The position numbers were made by a program, and so were the translations under genes. Shown one piece after another: positions 57,542-64,000 of a stretch of 64,000 nt of DNA. Position 1 is the first letter of the stretch. Every line of letters begins with the position of its first letter. The stretch is taken from assembly GCA_963753285.1 (NCBI GenBank), contig CAVWBT010000003.1:225039-289038 (forward strand). The letters run 5' to 3'. The notes beneath the pieces are model-generated. The model searched no databases. It saw only the letters and a program-made list of their open reading frames with translations, and had not been told where the DNA came from. The DNA is from an uncultured bacterium (lineage in GTDB: Bacteria; Actinomycetota; Acidimicrobiia; Spongiisociales; ZC4RG35).

Positions 57542-58987
57542 GTGAAGGACTCAGCCGAGAACCACCTCTCCGACCTGAATGGCCCCCGCGAGGCGTGTGG
57601 CGTCTTCGGCGTCTACGCCCCCGGACAGCAGGTCTCGGCCACGATCTACTTCGGTCTGTTCGCCCTTCAGCATCGCGGACAGGAGGCTGCGGGCATCGCC
57701 ACCTCCGACGGCGAAACCGTCACCGTCGTGAAGGATCTCGGGCTCGTTCCTCAGGTCTTCGACGAGAACGACCTCGCTGCGCTCGAGGGTCACATCGGCA
57801 TCGGTCACACCCGCTACAGCACCACCGGTTCATCGTGCTGGGAGAACGCACAGCCCGTCCATCGCCAGATCGGGAGCACGTCGATCGCGCTCGGACACAA
57901 CGGCAATCTCACCAACACCGCCACCCTCGCCCGCGACCACGGCATCACCGGAGTGTCGAGCGACTCCGAACTGATGCTGGACATCATCTCCAAGAAGGTG
58001 AACGACGAGCGGTCGGATGCTCGCGGGCTCGAGATGGCGCTGATGGAGGTGCTCCCGAGATTCGAAGGCGCCTTCTCCCTCGTCGTCATGGATCAGGGTC
58101 GCCTCGTCGGCGTGCGCGACCCTCACGGGTTCCGACCGCTGTGCCTGGGTCGGATCGGTGCAAACGCCTGGGTGTTCGCATCCGAGACCGCAGCTCTCGA
58201 CCTCGTCGGAGCCACGTTCGTCAGGGACGTCGAACCCGGCGAGATGGTCGTGGTCGATGCATCGGGCGTGCGGAGCCACCGGCCGTTCGCGCAACCCGAT
58301 CCGAAGCTGTGCGTCTTCGAGTTCGTCTACTTCGCCCGCCCCGACTCGAATCTGTACGCAACCAACGTGTTCGGCGCACGCCAACGCATGGGTCGTGCCC
58401 TCGCAGCGGAGTACCCGGCCGACGCCGACGTCGTCGTACCCGTGCCGGAGTCCGGCATCCCCGCCGCACAGGGGTTCTCGGAGGCATCCGGCATCCCCTA
58501 CGCCGACGGGCTCGTCAAGAACCGGTACATCGGCCGGACATTCATCGAGCCGACCCAGATGCTGCGAGACCAGGGCATCCGGCTCAAGCTGAACCCCATC
58601 CCGGCGACGTTCGACGGCAAACGGGTGGTGCTGGTGGACGACTCGATCGTGCGCGGCTCCACGACGCGTCAACTGATCGCCATGGTGAGAGACGTCGGAG
58701 CCGCCGAAATCCACCTCCGGGTCTCCTCGCCGCCGTATCGCTGGCCGTGCTTCTACGGTATGGACACCTCCGATCAGACCAAGCTCCTGGCTGCCCGCAT
58801 GAGTGTCGGCGAGATCACGGAGTTCCTCGGTGTCGACTCGCTCGGTTACCTGTCGATCGACGGGCTGTTGGACTCCACCCACGCACCCCGCGAGTCGTTC
58901 TGCACGGCGTGTCTGACGGGTGAGTACCCGACACAGATCGAGGACGGAGCCGGCAAGTTCGTCCTCGAACCGGCCACGGCGCCCTGA
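57542..58987 (+). CDS. purF: Amidophosphoribosyltransferase
   Basis: Ntn-type CGVFGV after a propeptide, PRTase motif VVLVDDSIVRGSTT, C-terminal Cys cluster for a [4Fe-4S] centre; TATCCT hexamer 10 nt upstream of the GTG. Confidence 0.95.
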   Translation: MKDSAENHLSDLNGPREACGVFGVYAPGQQVSATIYFGLFALQHRGQEAAGIATSDGETVTVVKDLGLVPQVFDENDLAALEGHIGIGHTRYSTTGSSCWENAQPVHRQIGSTSIALGHNGNLTNTATLARDHGITGVSSDSELMLDIISKKVNDERSDARGLEMALMEVLPRFEGAFSLVVMDQGRLVGVRDPHGFRPLCLGRIGANAWVFASETAALDLVGATFVRDVEPGEMVVVDASGVRSHRPFAQPDPKLCVFEFVYFARPDSNLYATNVFGARQRMGRALAAEYPADADVVVPVPESGIPAAQGFSEASGIPYADGLVKNRYIGRTFIEPTQMLRDQGIRLKLNPIPATFDGKRVVLVDDSIVRGSTTRQLIAMVRDVGAAEIHLRVSSPPYRWPCFYGMDTSDQTKLLAARMSVGEITEFLGVDSLGYLSIDGLLDSTHAPRESFCTACLTGEYPTQIEDGAGKFVLEPATAP

Positions 58988-58988
58988 C

Positions 58989-59990
58989 ATGACCAACTAT
59001 CGCTCCGCCGGTGTCGACCTGGCCGGAGCCGAACGACACGTCGAAGCGATCCGCTCGCTCGTCACTGCGACATGGGGGCCGAACATCGTCGGCGGCTTCG
59101 GCGGTTTCGCAGCCGGCATCGAGCTTCCCGACGGCATGAAACGCCCGGTCCTGATGATGTCGACCGACGGTGTCGGGACGAAGCTCGAGATCGCCCGCCG
59201 GCTCGGGATCTGGGACGGTGTCGGCTACGACCTCGTGGCGATGTGTGTCGACGACCTCACCGCCGTCGGAGCCAGACCGCTGGGGTTCGTCGACTACATG
59301 GCGATCGGAAGCCTCGACCCGGACCGGGACACGCGAGTGGTGGGCTCGATCGCCTCGGCATGTGCCGAGGTCGGCGCAGCGCTGGTCGGCGGCGAGACCG
59401 CCGAGCATCCCGGAGTCATGGATCCAGACGCCATCGACCTCGCCGGCGCCGCCCTGGGAGTGGTCGAGGCCGGAAGCGAGATCATCGGTGAGCGCGTGGA
59501 AGCCGGAGATGTCGTGGTCGGGCTGGCGTCCCGCAACCTGAGGTCCAATGGATTCTCACTCGTGCGACGGGTTCTCGGTGGGGTCGACTGGTCGGCACCG
59601 TTCGGCCGCTCCACGCTGGGCGAGACCGTGTTGGAGCCATCGGTCCTGTACAGCCCGGCGGTGCTCGAAGCGATGACGACCGGAGGGGTCACGGGCGCCG
59701 CACACATCACCGGCGGCGGCCTGCCGGGCAATCTCGGCAGACCGATTCCCGAGGGTCTCGGCGCCCGGGTCGACACCACGGCCTGGCAGACACCGGCGAT
59801 CTTCGATCACCTCCAGGAGGTCGGCCGAATAGAACGAAGCGACATGTTCGATGCCTTCAACATGGGGATCGGCTTCTGTCTCATCGTTCGCCCCGATCGG
59901 CTGTCGGATGTGATGGGCCCGGTAGCAGCGCACGATCCGTTGGTGATCGGCGAGATCGTCGAGGGCTCCGAGCGCGTCGCGCTCTCCTGA
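58989..59990 (+). CDS. purM: Phosphoribosylformylglycinamidine cyclo-ligase
   Basis: AIR-synthase N/C domains (DGVGTKL; AHITGGGLPGNL); starts 2 nt after the purF stop. Confidence 0.9.
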   Translation: MTNYRSAGVDLAGAERHVEAIRSLVTATWGPNIVGGFGGFAAGIELPDGMKRPVLMMSTDGVGTKLEIARRLGIWDGVGYDLVAMCVDDLTAVGARPLGFVDYMAIGSLDPDRDTRVVGSIASACAEVGAALVGGETAEHPGVMDPDAIDLAGAALGVVEAGSEIIGERVEAGDVVVGLASRNLRSNGFSLVRRVLGGVDWSAPFGRSTLGETVLEPSVLYSPAVLEAMTTGGVTGAAHITGGGLPGNLGRPIPEGLGARVDTTAWQTPAIFDHLQEVGRIERSDMFDAFNMGIGFCLIVRPDRLSDVMGPVAAHDPLVIGEIVEGSERVALS

Positions 59991-60011
59991 TCGGCAATAC
60001 CATCGTTCGTC

Positions 60012-60395
60012 ATGGACGCCGACGCGATCTGGGACGAGCTTCAACGGATCAACGCCGTCCTCGCCGGCACCGAATCGGCATCGGAGCGGCACCAGCTCCT
60101 CGAGCGCAAGGCCGACCTGCAACGGCGCGCCCGGGCGGTCGCCGACGAAGGCGTACCGGACCTCGTGCTCGAGCTGGAACTGGAGGAGGCCGAGCGGCGC
60201 TGGGTCGCACTCCAACACGAGCGGATCGATCCGATCAAACACTCCGGCGGTGACTTCGGTGGCGACATCAAGGCGGGTGTCGACGTCATCTACATGAACA
60301 AGAAGATCGACGCCGCCCAGGGTCGAGCCGAGCTCGAGGCCCGCATCGCGGAGCTGAGACGACTCCTCGAAGCGCGCCGCTCGAGCCCGGAATGA
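60012..60395 (+). CDS. Conserved hypothetical small helical protein
   Basis: 127-aa charged/helical ORF directly following purM; no TM. Confidence 0.5.
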   Translation: MDADAIWDELQRINAVLAGTESASERHQLLERKADLQRRARAVADEGVPDLVLELELEEAERRWVALQHERIDPIKHSGGDFGGDIKAGVDVIYMNKKIDAAQGRAELEARIAELRRLLEARRSSPE

Positions 60396-60538
60396 CCAGT
60401 CCTCGCCCTCGACTGAAGCCCGTCATATGGCATACTCGTGCCATGCACAGGATGCCGATAGCAACGAGAAAACACCTGTTCGCAGCGCCCTAGGCGACGG
60501 TCGATCTTCCGAACACCGTCCACCCAAGGAGCAAATCA

Positions 60539-61813
60539 ATGTCAAATCTCGTTGCACGGCACCTCGATGTGATCGCACCGGTGCTCGCCTTCGACACCGA
60601 TCTCGTGATCGAGCGAGCAGAGGGCATCTGGATCCACGATGCCAACGGAAACAAGTGGGCCGACTTCGCCTGCGGAACGGCCGTCACCAACCTCGGTCAC
60701 AACCATCCGGCAGTCGTCGCCGCCGCCCATGAGCAACTGGACCGCTTCGTCCACTCCGGATGCATCTTCCGCTACGACTCGCTCGTGGAGGCAGGCGAGA
60801 AGCTGAGCGCAATCGCCCCTGAAGGGATCGACAAGTTCGGGTTCGCCAACTCAGGCGCCGAGGCGGTCGAGGCTGCGGTAAAGCTCGCCCGCAAGACGAC
60901 CGGTCGCCAAGCGGTCATCGCCTTCCGCGGGGCGTTCCACGGTCGGACGATGGGATCGGTCTCGTGGACCTCGTCGAACGCGAAGTATCGAGACGGTTAC
61001 CACCCCATCCTCGGGTCGACGTTCACCGTGCCCTTTCCACATCCCTACCGCTGGGGGATGGAGGTCGAGGAGGCGACCGACTACGCCCTGTTCGAGATCG
61101 AGATGCTGTTTCGCCACGAGGTCACGCCACAGAACGTTGCTGCGATGCTGGTCGAGCCCCAGCAAGGCGAAGGCGGGTACTACCCGGCTCCGCCTCGATT
61201 CCTCGAGTCGCTGCGCTCGCTCTGTGACGAGTACGGGATCATGCTCGTCTTCGACGAGGTCCAGACGGCGTTCGGGCGAACCGCCGAGTGGTTCGCCACC
61301 GATCACTACGACGTGAACCCCGACATCATCGCTCTCGGCAAGGGGATCGCCAACGGCTTCCCGCTGTCGGCATATGGTGCGGCAGCGGACGTGATGGACG
61401 ATTGGCCGGTCGGCTCGCACGGCACCACCTTCGGCGGCAACCCCGTCTCCTGTGCTGCGGCCGTCGCCGTCATGGACACGATGGGCCCGTTGCTCCCGAA
61501 CGCCCGCGAGGTCGGCGCCCGGGCCACAGAACGGTTCAAGAAGCTCGCCATCGACCATCCGACGATCGGCGACGTCAGGGGCCTCGGCTTGATGATCGGT
61601 GTCGAGTTGGTCGCCGACCGCGAGACACGTGACCCGGACAAGGCGGCCTTCGCCCACATCCACGAGTACTGCCTCGAGCGCGGACTGGTGGTCATCGAGT
61701 GCGGCCCGATGGGCAACATCATCCGGTTCATCCCACCCGTCATCACGACGCTCGCAGAAGTGGACTGGGCCATCGACCTGATCGACGAGGCCTTGACCGA
61801 TTACGAGCAATGA
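60539..61813 (+). CDS. Class-III PLP-dependent aminotransferase (GabT/EctB/Dat-like)
   Basis: GHNHPAVV, FDEVQTAFGRT, the PLP-lysine context ALGKGIANGFP, and TFGGNPVSCAAA. Confidence 0.85.
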   Translation: MSNLVARHLDVIAPVLAFDTDLVIERAEGIWIHDANGNKWADFACGTAVTNLGHNHPAVVAAAHEQLDRFVHSGCIFRYDSLVEAGEKLSAIAPEGIDKFGFANSGAEAVEAAVKLARKTTGRQAVIAFRGAFHGRTMGSVSWTSSNAKYRDGYHPILGSTFTVPFPHPYRWGMEVEEATDYALFEIEMLFRHEVTPQNVAAMLVEPQQGEGGYYPAPPRFLESLRSLCDEYGIMLVFDEVQTAFGRTAEWFATDHYDVNPDIIALGKGIANGFPLSAYGAAADVMDDWPVGSHGTTFGGNPVSCAAAVAVMDTMGPLLPNAREVGARATERFKKLAIDHPTIGDVRGLGLMIGVELVADRETRDPDKAAFAHIHEYCLERGLVVIECGPMGNIIRFIPPVITTLAEVDWAIDLIDEALTDYEQ

Positions 61814-61980
61814 CGCTGCACGCCTCACGAGGTCAGACCCTGAGGCGCGTCTGTCTGCTCGCACCGAGAAGGAGTCGCGGAGACGAGATCGAGCCCCATG
61901 GGTAGGCGGTCTCGTCGCCGACATCTGCCATTCCCCGCACGCTCGGGAACCCCACGCAGGTGTCGGCGCGTCGTAGTGGC

Positions 61981-62790
61981 ATGAGATTCCTCGCTGTGAT
62001 GACATCGATCGCACTCGTACTCGGCGCCTGTGGCAGTGGCGACACCAGCGATCCCGGGACTCCACCGACGATTCCGGAGGGAACCATCGGTGGAGTGATC
62101 CTGGAGATCTCCGACGAGGGCGGCTTCGTCCCGCTCGAGTTCAACCTGACGAGAGTGCCGAGATTCACGGTCTTCGCCGATGGAACCGTCGTGACGCCCA
62201 CGGGAGGGCAGTTCAGCTTCCCCGGCCCCGCGCTGGCAACGCTCGTGAAGCGGCAACTGGACACCGAAACGGTCGCCGACCTGCTTGCGTTCGTGAACGA
62301 CTTGGGTCTGGCCGACGTGGACGCGGTCGATCTGAGCGATGCGCCGAACGTCGCCGACGCGTCGACCACCGTCCTCCGGTATCTCGACGGCGACGGCGAG
62401 CACAGGATCTCGATCTACACGCTCGGCTTCGGCGAGTCCGGGGACGCACGGGCAGCGATCGTCGAGTCGATGATCGCTCGACTGGACGAAGCGACTGGCG
62501 ATCTCGATCCCGAGCCGTACCAGGCGGATCGACTCGTCGTGTACGCCCTCGACGCCGAGGGGCTCGATACTCAGCAGATGCGCAACGCCGGACCGTGGCC
62601 GCTCGACCTCACACCCGACGACATGACTGCACAGGTCGCAGGGTTCTCGTGCGCCACCATCGACGGCGACGCGGCAGCGCAACTCGCTGCCGAGCTGAGC
62701 GATGCCGACGCCGCCACCACCTGGACCTACGACGGCGCTGAGTTCCGCATCCTCGCCCGACCGCTGCTGCCCCATCAGGAGGGCTGCTGA
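61981..62790 (+). CDS. Putative lipoprotein
   Basis: MRFLAVMTSIALVLGACGSGD lipobox; acidic globular domain; start could also be 61960. Confidence 0.5.
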   Translation: MRFLAVMTSIALVLGACGSGDTSDPGTPPTIPEGTIGGVILEISDEGGFVPLEFNLTRVPRFTVFADGTVVTPTGGQFSFPGPALATLVKRQLDTETVADLLAFVNDLGLADVDAVDLSDAPNVADASTTVLRYLDGDGEHRISIYTLGFGESGDARAAIVESMIARLDEATGDLDPEPYQADRLVVYALDAEGLDTQQMRNAGPWPLDLTPDDMTAQVAGFSCATIDGDAAAQLAAELSDADAATTWTYDGAEFRILARPLLPHQEGC

Positions 62791-62830
62791 GCATTTGGGA
62801 ACGCAGCAATCGGGCCACGAGAATGGCCCG

Positions 62831-64000
62831 ATGACACCCGAGGAGTTCCGCCGAGCAGGTCACGAACTCATCGACTGGATCGCCGACTTCCGCGCAGACA
62901 TCGAGTCACTCCCGGTCCGGGCGCAGGTGGAACCCGGTGAGATCCGCGACCGCTTCGACGTCACGCCGCCGGCAGGTGGCGACTCCATCGCCGACCTGAT
63001 CGCCACGCTCGATTCCGACGTCGTGCCCGGAGTCACACAGGTGCAACATCCGATGCACTTCGGATGGTTCCCGTCGAACGCATCGCTGGCCTCGGTGCTC
63101 GGCGACATCACCTCGTCGGGCATCGGGTCGCTCGGGATCTCCTGGGAGAGCAGTCCCGCCCTCACCGAGGTGGAGGAGGTCGTCTGCGACTGGATGCGAC
63201 AGCTCGTCGGTCTGGGCGACGGCTGGAAGGGCACGATCCACGACACCACCTCGACGGCCTGCCTGGTCGCACTCCTCGTGGCGCGTGAGCGCGCCTCGGA
63301 TCTGTCTCAGAACCACGGAGGCGTCCAGGGGTTGGACGCACCGCTGATCGTCTACACCAGCCCGCACGCCCACTCCTCGGTGACGAAGGCGGCACTCCTG
63401 GCCGGCTACGGATGGGACAACATCCGCCTCGTCGATTGCGACGAACAGATGGCGATGCGTCCTTCCGCGCTCGCCGAGGCGATCGAACGCGACGTGGCCG
63501 AAGGCGCGGTGCCGGCGGTGATCGTCGCCACGGTCGGGACCACGGGAACGACGGCGATGGATCCGATCGCCGAGATCGTCGACGTGGCGGCTCGGCGAGG
63601 TGTCTTCGTCCACGTCGATGCAGCCATGGCCGGCGCTGCCATGCTTCTCCCCGAGCGCCGCCATCTGTGGGAGGGTGTCGAACGGGCAGACTCGATCTCC
63701 TGGAACCCCCACAAGTGGATGGGCACCATTCTCGACACGTCGCTGTTCTACATGCGCGACATCGAGATGTTGACCCGGGTCATGTCGACCAATCCGACGT
63801 ATCTCCAATCCGCGTCCCACGGCGCTGTGACTCAATACCGAAACTGGGGAATCCCGCTCGGAAGACGATTCCGGGCGCTCAAGCTGCTCTTCCACCTTCG
63901 CATCGACGGGATCGAGGCCATCAGGGACCGCATTCGCAGGGACCTCGGCAATGCCGAGTGGCTGGCGAGTCAGGTGGCGGATGGCGAGAATTGGGAACTG
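62831..64000 (+). CDS. Group-II pyridoxal-dependent decarboxylase (aromatic-amino-acid / 2,4-diaminobutyrate decarboxylase family), 3'-truncated by the window end
   Basis: The PLP-lysine motif SWNPHKW, plus HVDAAMAG and the N-terminal EEFRRAGHELIDWIADF typical of the DDC family; no stop before 64000. Confidence 0.8.
   Translation, partial: MTPEEFRRAGHELIDWIADFRADIESLPVRAQVEPGEIRDRFDVTPPAGGDSIADLIATLDSDVVPGVTQVQHPMHFGWFPSNASLASVLGDITSSGIGSLGISWESSPALTEVEEVVCDWMRQLVGLGDGWKGTIHDTTSTACLVALLVARERASDLSQNHGGVQGLDAPLIVYTSPHAHSSVTKAALLAGYGWDNIRLVDCDEQMAMRPSALAEAIERDVAEGAVPAVIVATVGTTGTTAMDPIAEIVDVAARRGVFVHVDAAMAGAAMLLPERRHLWEGVERADSISWNPHKWMGTILDTSLFYMRDIEMLTRVMSTNPTYLQSASHGAVTQYRNWGIPLGRRFRALKLLFHLRIDGIEAIRDRIRRDLGNAEWLASQVADGENWEL

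Noticed and set aside
60427-60444. Sigma-54 -24/-12 promoter (TGGCAT-N5-TGCCA)
   Set aside because: The spacing is one base short of consensus, the -12 element lacks TTGC, and sigma-54 is generally absent from high-GC Actinobacteria. It is better read as a 6-6-6 inverted repeat of unknown role.
1-64000. tRNA, rRNA, tmRNA, RNase P RNA
   Set aside because: No GTTCRANYC T-loop-containing cloverleaf candidates or rRNA-like stretches found. Intergenic regions are short and accounted for by promoters and terminator hairpins.

Overview
This is a high-GC (roughly 68%) actinobacterial-type chromosomal segment with no rRNA, tRNA, CRISPR array or transposase that I can recognise. Genes are densely packed and fall into three blocks.

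**1-14 kb.** dxs is followed by a complete phosphate-starvation supra-operon, all on the minus strand: pstS-pstC-pstA-pstB-phoU, then an OmpR-family response regulator and a sensor kinase (PhoP/PhoR or RegX3/SenX3-like). Upstream lie a DUF47/PhoU-like gene, a Na/Pi cotransporter gene and ppk1. Direct-repeat PHO-box-like motifs with 11-nt spacing sit upstream of pstS and of the Na/Pi transporter gene.

**14-27 kb.** A mixed block with a TetR regulator, fabH, a peptidase-S51-like protein with a CysRS-C-terminal-like tail, an alpha/beta hydrolase, a DUF427 protein, an ECF sigma / anti-sigma (RskA-like) pair followed by photolyase, whiB, corA and tldD/pmbA.

**27-64 kb.** De novo purine genes are dispersed: purA, purD (carrying a +1 frameshift in this sequence), purB, purC-purS-purQ, purL and purF-purM. 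They are interleaved with the following:
- a GH42 beta-galactosidase / ABC sugar uptake / galT cluster and a gnd-like dehydrogenase;
- pfkA, an MFS transporter, an LCP protein and a YcaQ-like glycosylase;
- lipoproteins, plus a class-III aminotransferase followed by a group-II PLP decarboxylase (the decarboxylase is truncated by the window end);
- a multiply frameshifted adenylate-cyclase/AAA-ATPase/TPR regulator pseudogene with an adjacent TetR remnant.

**Non-coding signals seen directly in the sequence:**
- three arrays of ACGT-core heptanucleotide tandem repeats, (CACGTYY)n, at 24871-24925, 42840-42881 and 45066-45100, each just upstream of a gene with a TANNNT hexamer 7-10 nt before its start codon (leaderless-type promoters);
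- a recurring palindromic hairpin family built on CTTCTTGTG...CACAAGAAG at four intergenic sites;
- a 371-bp element made of two long degenerate inverted arms full of GCGTGTCTTC decamers, between ppk and the TetR gene;
- four perfect copies of a 27-bp in-frame tandem repeat inside a secreted-protein gene;
- a perfect 14-1-14 palindrome (29 bp) at the start of the TetR remnant, divergent from pfkA.
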